A stretch of DNA of 64,000 nucleotides from the human T2T-CHM13v2.0 reference genome, Homo sapiens. How positions within the stretch are numbered: the stretch's first letter is position 1; the number at the start of each line of letters is the position of its first letter. Both the position numbers and the translations under genes were made by a program. The stretch lies in NCBI RefSeq assembly GCF_009914755.1, contig NC_060940.1. The stretch is one strand, 5' to 3'. Below are positions 16,236-31,888 of this stretch, in pieces. The notes under the pieces are model-generated. The model saw nothing but the letters and a program-made list of their open reading frames with translations, did not search any database and was not told the DNA's origin.

Positions 16236-16599
16236 GCCCGCCGGCTGGGCAGGGCGGCCGCTGCTCCCACATCTAGGCGCACGTTCACCCTGTGCCTTCG
16301 CCTGCCAAGGAGTCCTTGCTCGCGTCGCGCGTGTCGCCACCTGGGCCGCCGCCCCGTCCCCGCCGGCAGCTCCCTCGGTACCTCCCGTCTGGCCCTGGGG
16401 GGATGTGACCGGCGCAGCGACAGCCCGCCCCGCACAGAGGCAGATGATATGGCACACCCGGAGGACCCCATGGTCTCCCGCCCTCTGGCTGTCGGCCCTG
16501 TCCCAGGGGCACTGGGATACCCGGAAGGCTGTGAATCCTTCGTGATGCCGGGCCCTCTCGGGGATCTCAGATCATCCCCGGGGCCGCTGTGATGCACCC

Positions 16600-18060
16600 C
16601 CACCTGTGCGGCGACCCGCCAGGGAGCGCACTGACCTCCCCAAAGACTGTGGCCACCGCAGGCGCCTTGGACCCCCATGGGGGGACAGGGCGTCCCCTGC
16701 CTCCTGCAGCCCCACGAGGGCGGCGGCCTTGGCCCCTGCGGGCTGGGCGTCCGCGTCCGGGCGCCCCGCGGCGTCTGCTGCCGGGTCCCGTAACTTTCTT
16801 GGCCGCCTGTGTCCCCGTCTGCCGGCTCCGTCCGGCCGTCCCTCTCTCTGCCGCGTCTCTGACCCTCGGCGCCACAGCTCCTCAGCTCAGGGCCCGTCCC
16901 AGAACCTCCTTCCAGCCCTTCTCCCCCGACTCGGGAAGGGACGTCGTGCCCACGCGGTTCCGGATCCACGCGTGACCCGGCCGGACCGCGACTCCGACAG
17001 GCGGCTGTCCGGGCCCCCGATGCCCTCGGCAGGGCCGTGCCACCCCCCGCCCCCCTTGGCTTGTCCCCCCGGGACCGCACTGCCGTTGCCTCCTCTCCGC
17101 ACGGGACCGGTTCCCGGCCGGCCCCAGCTTCCGCCGCTGCGGCCGCCGACCGTCAGCGCGCATGCCCAGAGCCGGGCAGGCCGGAGCCCCGCGGGCTCTC
17201 CGGGGTGGGCACAGGGCGACAGCTCGGCGGGGGCGGGGCCGAGCACGCGCGTGCGCAGAAAGGCCGGCGCGGCAGGCTGAGGAGAAAGCGGCGCGCGGAG
17301 GTGGGTGCGCTCGGGGCGTGCGGGGGGCGCGCGGCGGGGTGGCGGGTGGCGGGGCCGGGTCCCCGCTGTCACCGCGGTCGGCGCGTGCTGGGGGCGGGAG
17401 CGTGGGGGCCGGGCTGCGGGCCCCATTCGAGGCGGGGATCCCCGGCCACGCGCGGGTTGGGGGCTCCAGAGCCCGGCACCGCCCGGCGCTGCAGCTGCGG
17501 CTTGGCCTACGGGAGGGGGCGCAGGAGCGGGACCCCCTGGGCGCGAGGCCCGATCCCCGCCCGGTCGCTGGCCCGCGGCCCGGCCCAGGGCATGGTGTCG
17601 TCTGGAAGAGTGACTGTGTCACTGTTTCCTTGGGGCGCTTTCCGTCTCCGCAGGGTCGGAAATCCTCTTGGGGGCTCGGTGAGATTGCAACAGATTCTGA
17701 TACGCCCTGCCCTGTGGACCTGCAGCGGCCCCGGGCCCCGCCCCGCCCCGCCCAGGGATGACACACGCCCCCACCGACCACCCGCTTGGGGGTCCGCCAG
17801 CCCCCGGCCCTGTCCAGTGGGGGGCCCCTCTGGGTGCGCCGTGCCAGGCGGCCGCTGTCCTTCGGGCCCTGGGAGGTGGAAGCCAGGGACTCCCAGCCCT
17901 GAGCCAGCACAGCGGAGGGGAGAGCCGGCCCCACCTGGGCTGGGCTGCACCTGTTCCCGCCCCCTCCAGGCGGGAGTCCCCGCGGCCTGGCCACAGGCCT
18001 TCTTTGATGGCCGTGCCCCGCAGGGAAACGCGCTGTGGCCCCCGGGTTACTGCTTGCGGG
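16600..18060 (+). promoter_or_regulatory. CpG-island promoter of TBC1D24 with non-coding exon 1 (~17255-17300)
   Basis: Very high CpG; GC box GGGGCGGGGC ~17230; donor GAG|GTGGGT at 17300/17301. Confidence 0.75.
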
Positions 18061-18320
18061 GGTGATATTAAAGGTCAAAGGTTGTCTAAAAGCCACCTGG
18101 GTGGTGTGGAGGTGCAGGTGGGCTGTTAGGTTGGTGGCTGTGGTTGTGAAGCCGATGTCACTGTCTTTACCCAGCAGCTTATTCCAGAAAGGGGGCGTCA
18201 GCCTGCCCTTCCAGTGCCGATAGAAGCACTAGCGGGTGATTTTTCCCTGTTTTGCTGTGTTTGCTCTGGAGTCACCAGGTGACTTCCAGGCAGTGTGCAG
18301 AAGGAACCGTCCCATTATTT

Positions 18321-18473
18321 GGCACGTGGGCCGTTTCCTCCACCCGAGGTCCAGGGCTCCGTCTTCACAGTCTGTCCTCAGCACACAGTAGGCACCTGTA
18401 GATGGCACACGTGGCGTTTCCTCCGCCCGAGGGCCAGGGCTCTGTCTTCAGCACACAGTAGGCACCTGTAAAT
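18321..18473. repeat. Degenerate tandem duplication (~80 and ~70 bp)
   Basis: CGTTTCCTCCRCCCGAGG...CAGGGCTC...CAGCACACAGTAGGCACCTGTA occurs twice (18321-18403, 18404-18473). Confidence 0.8.
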
Positions 18474-19332
18474 GTTTGCTCAGTTGCGGCGAAGACAAGC
18501 AGTCAGGTTCTTTTCATTTTAAGGAACACACACTGGGAAAAAAAACCAATCCAGATTAGAGAAGATCAGAAAATCTTACGAAGATTTTACAGTTACTGTT
18601 CCTAGCCTGTGGCGTGACCCCTGCGTGCACCGCCTTTTATTCTGAGGGTTGATCCTCATCTAATCTGAACACTCAGATAGAGGCTTTACATGGAGGACTT
18701 ATTGGGGAGTGCTTGCTCTACTTAGAAGCCTGTCTTTCCCTGTGAAGAGGGCGGGAGCCACGCTGTTCATCTTTGCTTCCCCCCAGCCTGGCCAGGGCCG
18801 GACCAGAGGTTTTCTCTACATGATGGTTGAAGTGGATCAAGGTCCTTTTGTCGGAGTGATAGATGTCAACTATTGCAGTGGCTTTCCACTGGGTTGAGGG
18901 TGACCTTCCGAGATGCAGAAGTAATCTAGGCAAGGTTTTCATAACAACAATAAATTTGGCCACCCAGGGTCTGTGAAGTCACCTGTAGGGTAGCCTTACT
19001 AGCTCTCGCTGACCACACCTGCCAGGAGTGTCCAGCAGGCTCGAGTGACCTTGGGCATGCAGTGTTGCTCTTAATTATCTACAGATTGAGCCAAGCTCAG
19101 AAAACATATTAAATGTTTGCCTTTAGATGGTTTCTGGTTTAAAGTACATAAGGACAATGAAGCAGGTTACAAAAAAAGCACTTAACATTTACCCTGTTCA
19201 ATGTTTTACCTGTCTGAGCATACCTTTTCTGTTATGACAACTCTGTAAATGGAAGAAAGAAGTCCTTTTCAACTCAAAGCAGCAATTTCAGTGGCTGTTT
19301 CAAACATTGCCTTTCAATTGGAGATAAAATCA

Positions 19333-19720
<388 letters not shown>

Positions 19721-20859
19721 TTATTGAATTCACACTTCATAGGAGGCACCATGCCGTGTGTTCTGTGGATTTGGTGTTAAGACTTGGTCTCTGCCCTTGA
19801 GCTTATAGTGCAGTGAGGAGACAGGAGAATAAACACATGGTAGAAGCTCCCACAGAGGTGGACAGAGCCTTCTGTGGGCGCAAAGGCGTGGCATCCAGCT
19901 GGATTGTGGTGGGGGTGGGGCTCTGAGATGGACTTGAGCTTCATTTTGAAGGATGATCAGGACCGGCAAGAACAAGTGAGGGAAAGTGCCTTCCCCCGAA
20001 GGGACAGTGGATATAAAGTGACAGGCGTGGTTCCTGCCCACCAGCTCTTGGGAGAAGGGCAGTGGTGGCCCCAGGGTAGATGGGGTGAAGTGAGTGAGCT
20101 AGGCTGACAGCAGACTGGGAAAAGCCTTGAGTTCCACCTGGGAGTTTGAATTCACCCTGAGTGGCATGAAGCCTCTGAAGATCTTGGGTTTGTGAGTGAC
20201 TTGATCAGAGGTGGCCAGGGAGGTGAAGAGGCCAAGGCCGGTTGAGGGACTGTCATGGCACACCCAGAGAGACATCAGCACAGAAAAGAGCAAGACTCAG
20301 CCAGGCCCGGGGGCTCACACCTGCAAGCCCAGCATTTTGGGAGGCCAAAGCGGGAGGAACACTTGAGCCCAGGAGTTGCAGGCTGCAGTGAGCTATGATT
20401 GTTCCACTGCACTCCACCCTGGTCAACTCTGTTTCAGAAGAAAAAAGAGAGCAAGACTCTGAGACAAGTGGTTGCAGGATGGGAAGAGCCAGGGAGGAAG
20501 GAGGGGATGTTCCAGTATTGAGCAGCGGGCAGTGCCACACCCCATGCAGAGTGTGGAGGGAGGGGGCGGGCTGGCACCGTGTGGAGATGGCGATGAGGTT
20601 ACTGCGAGACTGGGCAGTAAGCATATGTGTTTTGGCCTGGAGCCAAGGAGAGTGTACTAGACGAGAGCATTTTGGGGATGCTGTGTGCCATCCAAGCTGG
20701 GGACTGGGTTGGGTCTTCCCAGGAGAATGTGCAGAGTGAGAAAAACGAGACGGAATCCTGAACCCTGTGGACTCCTAATACAGTCTTAAAGTCAGTAAGG
20801 TAACAGAAGGCCAGTCAGTAACCCGTTGCCTTTTGGGGGAATGGGGCAGGGTAGTGGGC

Positions 20860-21346
<487 letters not shown>

Positions 21347-21959
21347 TGAAGGATGGAGTATGGGACGGGGGGGATGCCAGTGTCCTTGCAGTGGCCTTCC
21401 TGTCTCACGTGTCTATTTGCCTTTTGGGGAACCTCCAGCTTCAGTGTCGCTCTTCTCAAAGGACCTAGTTCACCTGCAGTCTGAGGGTTGCTCGTCTCAG
21501 ACGTTCCCACAGGTAGGGCTCTGAGAAAAGCCTTCTCAGACCGAGAGACCCAAGGCTGCAGAGCCCTCAGGGGCACCTCACTCTCCTTCCAGGACCCTGT
21601 TTCTGTGTGGTCCATCAGCATTGGCAGCAGGTACAACTTTGGAAAAAGTCTGCTGAGAACAGAGGCCACGTGTGTGATGCGTCCCCCACCCCCTGAGTCC
21701 TCCACCTGAGGGGTGGAATGGATGAGGCCGGGGAAAGGCTGTGCTGCAGAAGCAGCCCCTATCTGCCCGTGGCCAGCACGTGGTCCCCCAGGGCTGGCTG
21801 AGCCTCTGGATAAGGCTTGAGCTGTTATCTACACCCTCCAACAGAACCTGCTCACAGGGGTGCAGGCTTCATGGCCTCCGAGGACTGTGCATATGCAGCC
21901 ATGGCTTCCTGCAACCCTCCCCAGTGTGTTCCCTTCTTTTTTTCTTTTCTCTTTTTGTT

Positions 21960-22558
<599 letters not shown>

Positions 22559-23390
22559 TGTTCCCTTTTTCTTGCAGGTCATTGAGAACACACCACAGGG
22601 GACCTGGGAATCTACTGAGGATACAGATTTCCCACAATCCGAGACTGTGTGTCTGCCTGATTGTTACATAATTTTAATTGGGTGCCACACACCGAGAGAG
22701 GTTGTTTACTGGTGGGCCATTCGGTTTCCAGTAAAAGCCCTTCCACTCACTGTGGCATGGTAAATGGAGCTCATCACATGGTCCCTTCAGCCTTTCCTTG
22801 AATCATTTCCACCCCTTCCCTAATTACCCTCTGTGATCCCTTTCCCGGCAAGGGTCCTTCTAGCCTTGCTACCTTGGTAAACCTGTGGCCTTAGGATCGA
22901 GGTGTGGACATTAACTTTTCTGCTCTGGCGGCTTCCTGGGCTGTCCTCTCCATGTTCCCAGCACTCAGGGGCACTGTCCTTTCCTGGCAGCCTAGTAAAT
23001 CCCAGGCCTCTGTTTTGGGCCCTTTGGCTTCTTGGTGCCTGTTATGCTGAAGCGTAGAAGTGTCTTAGTCAGAGCCCCAAAGGACACTCACCGGCCCACG
23101 TTCTCATGGAGCTGGGTAGCTCTGACCAGACTTGCCCTCTGGGGCCCTGTCCTTTGACCACGCTGTCTCTATCCCTTCTGAGGCTAAGGCTTCCTCACAC
23201 TGCAAGATCCAGCCGAGGCAGGCCTTGGCGCTGGGAAAGCACCGTGTCACAGCACCTGCACCTTGAATTGGCATCGTCAGTACACCTGACCCGGGCTGGG
23301 GTGGGGCCATGCCTCTGTACTCCTCTGCACTCAGGTACCTGGCACACTGGCATTCGGGAAGCATGTCTTGAATGCCTATTAAAATGATTA

Positions 23391-23579
<189 letters not shown>

Positions 23580-26500
23580 TTAGGTCTAAAGACACTTGCT
23601 GAGAACCTGATGTGTGCCTGGCCTTCCAAGGCACACCTGTCACTGGCTTGGAACTCAGACCAATCAAAATGCCTGTGCTGCTGACAGCTGAGCTCTCTTC
23701 CTCTGGTTCTCCTCCTGTGTCCTGGGGGTGTTTTTCCAGACCTGCTGTGGGGAGAACCTTTGGGCTCAGATGATAAAGATCCTGAATTAGCAGAGTCCTG
23801 TGCCAGCTCCAGCCCCTGCCTTTGGGTGGACCGGACTAGGCTGGGGAAAGAAAGATGTCTGGCTATGAAAGGGTGGCTGGCCAAGGTTGAGGCTCAGCCT
23901 GCCCCTGCTCAGGCTCCGAGCAGCAGGCTCAGCAGCCACAGTTAGGCACGTTTGCACTTCCAACCATCACAGGCAGGCGGGCCAACCGGCCCATGGTGTG
24001 GTGACTAACACCTCATTAATGGTCATACCCCTTCTGTACCTGGCATGTGCCCTCCATTGTGTGCCTCCGGCAAAGAGCCCACTATCAAGTTCCCCAGTCA
24101 GCAGCTACTTGGTAGTCACTGTGGCATGTCGGTCACCATTAATATTTGAAAGATGCCTGTGCTCTGCTTCAGGCTGAGGCAGGCACCCCTTACCTTCCTG
24201 TTATGTGAAGATGCCTGCAGGAAAGGTCACACCTAGGGTGGGTGGACTAGTAATGCTCCCTGTTGTTATTTGGCCTTCAAAATTAAATTTGTCTTGGGCC
24301 CAAGTGGTTTGCGATTTCTCTGAGTCTCTGCCTGTTTTCTTCTCTGTTCCCTCCTTCCCAGGGTACACTGGACATAGTGTGAGACGCTTGGGTGCAGAAG
24401 TCACGGTGTGGTAGCAGGGCTGGGTGGATAAGCCAGCACCACGATGGTGGGTGTGCTGGGCAAGGGTGAGGACAGATGTGGACAGGAGGCGTGGAGCTCT
24501 GTGACGCCTTGGCCCTGCCCCAGAGGTCCCATGGAGGCCTGTGAAGGAGGGGCGATTGGACTGAGCAGAAAGCGAAAGGGGACAGGTGTCTCCTGCCACT
24601 CTGAACAGTGACATTCCCACAGTGTAGTGTGGGGACTGCAGTTGGCACTGTGTGGCCAGGGCTCCGGAAGCTGTTGTCCGAGGGGCAGGGAGGGGCTGGG
24701 TCCTGAAGGGCGGGGGACACCAGGAGAGGGTTTCGGGTGGAGAACGGTGACCGGGTGAAGCCCTGAGTGGGCAGGAGGCTGGGAGTGGGAGCTGAATTGC
24801 GCTGGAGTCACATGGAGTGTGAATGTTGTGACTGTACCGGAGACACCTGGGAAGCAGCTGGAGGGACAGGTCTGGACCTCAAAGAAGGATTCTAGGCTCA
24901 GGAGAGGGTGGGCTCCATTGGAGAGACAGGCACGGGCGGTGGAGGAGCAGCCGCGGAGAGGTGAGGGGATGCCTGGCAGGGAGGCAGGCGGGATGAGGCC
25001 CAAGGCAGCTGGGAGATCTGGCGGCCAGCGCGGCCAGCGGCGGGAGGGCCGGAAGCTGGGTGTCATCTGCTCTTGCCAGCCACTTGGCTCAGAAGGAAAA
25101 CGGAGAAGAGGTGGAGCTGGAGTGGAGCCTCAGGCCCTGTGGTTTGCTGTGTTTGGGGCCTGCTGTCACAGCACTGGGAGCCTTGGAGAGAGATGGGGAG
25201 CTGGGATCCCCAGGAGGTGAGAGCCAGGACTGAGGGGGGGCCTTGGTCTGTGGTGGGAATGCAGAGAGCTGGGAAGCTCACGCCTGACAAGCCCCCTTTC
25301 TTGGGGTAGAGTGGGTGGGACGGGGCAGCTGTGAGCTGGAGAGGAGAGGGTGTCGGTGAGGAGTGCTGCGAAGGATGCCAGGTGGCACCGGGGGCTGGGC
25401 CACTGGAAACCGCTGAGCAGGCGGCAGGACTTCTCCCTCTCCCCTCGGCCGTTCTCGTGCCTCGGGCTCACTTCCTCGTGCAGTTTATCCATATGGCTGA
25501 GACAGGAGCGTGGGGTTGGCGGGCGGGAGTTGGGGCTTGGCAAGACGGTCCAGGCTGAGCTGGCAAGAGAGAAAAGCCAGAGTGGCTGGTGGATGCGGGG
25601 AGTCACAGCTCCGAGTGGGAGGAGGGCGCTGAGGGCTCTAGGAGAGGGTATGGGCAGGTGTATGAATGTGCAGCCTCTGGAGTGGGTAGAGTGGTTTTCT
25701 GGAATGCCCGGGGACTGGATAAAAAGGTAGAGATGTAAAGGCTTTTAAAGTTCTAGAGGCCACGGAGCTTTCCAGCCAGGACGGTGAACTTGGCCCTCAA
25801 GGGAGGGCAGCACAGAGAGGAAGGCCCTGAGCTGGAGAGAGAGGAGGCGGGTGGTGATGGGGAGAGCCCGGCTGCTGCTCGGCCCAGAGGAGGAAGGGTA
25901 CGTTCGGGAGAGGATGAAGACTTGGGAGTGGTGTGTTTGCTGTAGACAATTTCCAGAGCAAGAAGGCAGGCTGGGAGCAGGGGCCGGGGGTAAAAGGCAG
26001 ATAGCAAGGTAAGGAGGTGTGGGGGAAGACCAGCGGCTGTGCTCACCGTGGTTAGTGACACTGTCACCATCCAGCCCCGGTCAGACATGGTCCTATAGCT
26101 GAGGGTCTCACCAGGCAGTGGGGGCACAGGTCAGGGGAATGGGATCGCCAGAGGAGCATTCTCAAAATGTGCCTGTGCAGGCATCTCCCACCCCTGACAT
26201 TCTGCATGGGAGGACCAGGGGGTGGCCACCCTACATGCAGCAGACCCCTGGTGGTCATTCTCCTCTCAGCCTCCCGTCCTCCCCTCCCCACCTCACCACC
26301 CCCAGTGGATGTTTCTGATGGCTGTGGCCTCTGCACATGCCCTCCAGGCTGCCACACCACAGATCTTTCTGGAATAAAAGCTTGATCTCACCTCTCCACC
26401 CCAGTACTCTGGTGGTGCCCTGTCACTATCGGGATGGAGTGGTGAGCAGGCCTTGTTACCCAGTTCCCCACCCCCACTGCTTAGAGCAAGTCTTGTATTT

Positions 26501-27217
26501 CCCTGCTGCTGAGTGCAGATCCTCCCCCTGCCACCCCAACGCCCAGTCTGCCCTGCCAACCCCAGCACGCTGTAACCGCCTTCTAGAAGGGCTTCCGGAA
26601 CCCATCCAGCTCCCTGGGGCATGCGACCACCCCGGGGCCTCTCTGCTTCTACACATGTCTACAAAGCCACTTTCTGACCTCACTGTCAGGTGACCGATTT
26701 CTCTCTCAGCTCTTCCTAGCTCAGTGCCAGGCACCTAGGAGGCACTCAGGAGAAGGTTCCAGAAAGAACGGGTACACCTGAGTGCACAGACAAGTCCAGT
26801 GGCTCTCTTCCGTCGTGGTCCACTGTGCCAGCTCCATTGTTCCAGGGCTGAGGCCTAGGGCGGTGGGGCTATATGGCAGGAGGAGTGTCTGCACTTTGGG
26901 CCTCTGCCTGGGATTTATTTGTGTCTCTGAGGCATCCAGCAGACTCTTGGAGGACAGGATGAGGTGTTCCCTGGCCTTTCCCAGCACGTAGGTGGGAGGC
27001 CTGGGCCCCTCATGAAGAAATCAGACTTGGCGTGGACTTGCAAGGAAGGTCCCCCAGCCGGAGGAGGCGTCATCCCCTCCCTGGGGCTGAATGCTGGGGC
27101 CACCTCTCCCCTCATGCCTGCCATCCACACCCCGCTCCAGGTCTGCTTTTAGGCCCCAGTCCCTGCCCCATCTAGTGTGTTCTTCCAGCCTCCCTCCACC
27201 TACTCTCCCAGCACCTC

Positions 27218-27985
27218 TGTGATGTTGTGAAATATCTATTTGGTCTTTGTCCTTGTTTAGTGACATACAACTCCTGAAATCCTCAGAATCTCCGTGGTGC
27301 TCTTTCTGTGCGCTGGTGTTGACTGATAGCTTCCGGGTGGCGCTGGTCACTGGAAAGACCAAGGCAGGATTAGCGGGTTAGAACTTTCAGCCCCACCCCC
27401 AACCGCGGGGAGGGGAGAGGTCCAGAGGTGGAAGGTCAAGTTGATTGCCAGTGGGGTAATCAGTTATGCCTACTTAACAAGGGCTCCATGTCAACCCTAG
27501 AAGACAGGACTTGGAGAGCTTCTGGACAGCTGAATAGGAGGGAGTGCCTGGAGGGCAGCACCGTGTCCCTCTCCCGTACCTCACCCTAAAGGTCTCTTCA
27601 TCTGTGTCCTTTGTAACAACCTTTATAATAAACTAGTGAATGTAAGTGTTTCCCTGAGTTCTGTGAGCTGCTCCAGCAAATTCATTGAACCCAAAGCAGG
27701 GGTTGTGGGAACCCCAACTTGAAGTTGGTTGCTGAGAAGTTCCAGAGGCCTGGACTTCTGACTGGTGTCTGGAGACGTGGGGGGCTTGTGGGATCTGAGC
27801 TATCTCCAGGTAGATGTCTCCCGGTGTCGGGATTGAATTGGAGGACACCCTGCGGGCGCCCGCTGCAGAATGGATTGCTTGCTGCCGGGAGAAACCCCCG
27901 CATCTTCTGGGTCGCAGATCCTGTGCCGATTGCGGTGCTGGCGTCAGAGCAGAGGAAAACGTGGTATGAGAGTTTTTCCAAAGAG
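27218..27985 (+). mobile_element. Solo LTR, MER21-like
   Basis: Starts TGTGAT. Contains the MER21-type motifs GAAAGACCAAGGCAGGATTAG, TTTCAGCCCCACCCCCAAC and AATAAACTAGTGAATGTAAGTGTTTCCCTGAGTTCTGTGAGCTGCTCCAGCAAATT. Confidence 0.75.
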
Positions 27986-29721
27986 TCCAGACACGCTTCC
28001 AGGCCCTCTCAGCCACCCCCACACCGTCCCTACCATTCCCACCTGGCCCGCTGCTGCCTGTGCCCCAGGGTTTCCGGGCACTCCGAGCTTCCCTGGCAGG
28101 CAACAAAGCTCTCATCCCTGGATCTTGCGGATCTCGCGCCCGGGCTGGAATGCCTGTGCTGCCCTCCCCTGCCTGGCGGGTGGGGTCGGTGCTCAGGAGC
28201 GGGTGGGGCCTGCCGGTCTCCCTAGCCCACCACCAGGTTTCCTCTGTATCCCCGCAGCACTTGGCAAGGTCCAGGGGCTTCCGTGGGGAGCGAGATTGTT
28301 TTGGATCCCGCCAGGGGAGCCCACTGAGAGGAGCCTGCATCTCCTATCACGTGAAGCCCGCAGGGGCCACAGCACCTCCTTCCTGTGGTCCCTAGCTGCG
28401 GGCGTTGGCGTTCCCCACCCATGGGGCCCGGCCTCATTTCCTCTTCCTCTTCATTCCCGGTCCCACTCCCAGGAAATGGTGAGGGATTGCTCAGACCAGA
28501 TGGGAAGAAGTGAGACGAGCGGCAGCTGACGCCCATGCCCTGTTCTGTGGCCCGTGACTGAGGTCCAGCCACACAGAACCCCGCGTCCTTGATAGCTTGT
28601 CAGCTGCTGGGACGGGGGCTGTTCTTGTGGCCAGGATGTGTGTGGTGGTCAGGCCAGGGCAGGATGGGGCCCAGGCCTGCAACCCCAGCTCTTCAACCTG
28701 GAGTCCTAGCGAACACTGACCTACGTTGGGACAGGGCTGCCTCTTGCCCAGGGGGCTGCAGTTGGCCCCTTGGTGGCATCTGGGAGTGTGTGGGAGTGCC
28801 TTCTGTGCTGTGGGCCTCATCCCCAGGGCTCTACCTCCAGCCTGAGCTGCTCTGGCATTTGCCTAAGAAGCATCTGTATCGAAACTGGCTTTGAAAACTT
28901 CACAGTGGAGCTTCCCTGGGCTGGAATTCTCTGTTTGTCGCTCGCCCCCGCCTCCAGCATCCCCAAGTGGCCTGGGCTCTGACTGCCACTGTCAGGCCAC
29001 GGTCCTGTGGGATCCAACCCTGAGCCATCTCTGGGGGTCCCCTCATCTTCTCCACCCTCCCGGTCTAGACTCTGCCTTCCTTTCTCCCTGGCTTCTCTGT
29101 CCCAACCCTTCCTCCTCCAGGGCCACCAGGGGGATTTTTGTAAACGCAGATCTGATCGGGTCACCTGCCTAGACTTTCCTCCTACCCCGTGTGGGGACAC
29201 CCGCCTCTTAGCGCATCCCAGCCCCTCAGCACTGCCAGGGCCGCCCAGCTCGCCTTCGCCCACTCTTGCCTCCACATCTGAGGGGCACCGTCCCCACCCA
29301 CAGGCTGCCTCCACACCTTTCCGCCCCTTCCACAGCAGCAGGCACAGCCCTGCCCGTGGGGTTCCCCTAGCACTTCCCCAGCTGCCGTGGTTGACAGCCT
29401 TCTCTCAAGCCGCCTCTCCCTGGCACAGAGGCGGCACCTCAGTGGAGGTCTGTCATGTGACTAACTGCAGGACGAGGGAGCCGCGGTCGTATGCTGCCTC
29501 CTCACGTTTGCTGTGACCTGGGACAGGAGCGGTCCCCAGGAAGGGAGGCACGGTGTCGGGGTTGGTGTTGGCCGTGTTAAAATGTCATCAATGAGGCTAA
29601 ATGTGTGTTCTGTCTTTGTACATGAAAGAGAGTTTGTTTTCAAATCCGGTTGTTTGGGAAAATCACATTCCCCTCTGAAGAAGCGAGACGTGCAGAGGCC
29701 TCGTGACTCAGGCTGTCAGGC

Positions 29722-29851
29722 CTGGAGTTTGGTGCTGGAGTTTTGTGCTGGAGTTTGGTGTTGGAGTTTGGTGTTGGAGTTTGGTGCTGGAGTTTGGTGC
29801 TGGAGTTTGGTGCTGGAGTTTGGTGCTGGAGTTTGGTGTTGGAGTTTGGTG
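29722..29851. repeat. Minisatellite, 13-bp unit (YTGGAGTTTGGTG) x10
   Basis: Near-perfect tandem copies counted directly. Confidence 0.95.
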
Positions 29852-30619
29852 TTTGGGGATGGCAGGTGGTGTTACTAGTGGCAGCCTTGCCGGGGTGGCC
29901 TGTGTCTCCAGGACTCGTGGGAGGGCCCTGGTACTAGAAGTGGCCGAGTGCCCTGAAGTCCCAGACCTGCGTGGGTCCTGCCTGTGCTCAGGGACCCTCT
30001 GGAGCCTCTCTCGGAGGTCCTCGCTGTCCCAGGATGAAGGGAGATGGAGCAGCAACAGCAGCCAGCAGCTGTGGGGTTGTGTTCCGCCCCGAGGCTGGGG
30101 TGAGCTGCTTGTCTGCTGGAGCGAAGGGGCCAGCTGCCCCGCTGGGGCCCCTCCTGCCCCGTTCTCCAGTGAGGATCTACTTCCTCCCACATCCATGCTA
30201 CCTCCCACCTGCCTCCTGGCTAGAAATTAGCTCAGGGTGCCACACTCTTGACAGACGGCCCGCCTCCCAGCCCTGGCCGCCTTCCTCTTCCTGTGGGCGC
30301 CTTCAGGGGGTTTGCTGCCAGGGACGGATTTGGGGGTTTCTTGGAGCTCCCATGGAGTGAGGACATAGGCTGCTGTTGGGTGTTCCTGGCTGAACACTGG
30401 TCAACTGGCAGGAACTGCCCTCCCTGGGAAGGCTGCTGGGGCTGTGGCGGGGTGGGGGTCTGCAAGCCTGTAGCCATTTAAAGGGCCCCTCCTCACATGT
30501 GGTAGAGCCAGAACTGTGCCCTGTGGCCAGAGGGCACGGTGGTCACATGCGTCAGATGACATATCAAGATAACATTTTGGGGAAATAGAAATCGCTTATA
30601 CTCATTACTCATTCGCACA

Positions 30620-31888
<1,269 letters not shown>

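Noticed and set aside
16064-18096. Several 300-400 aa ORFs on both strands
   Set aside because: Artefacts of the TBC1D24 CpG island.
29703-30230. ORFs with repeated WCWSLVLEFG or QTPAPNSSTKLQH units, and a possible CRISPR-like array
   Set aside because: Translations of a 13-bp minisatellite; there are no unique spacers and the context is eukaryotic.
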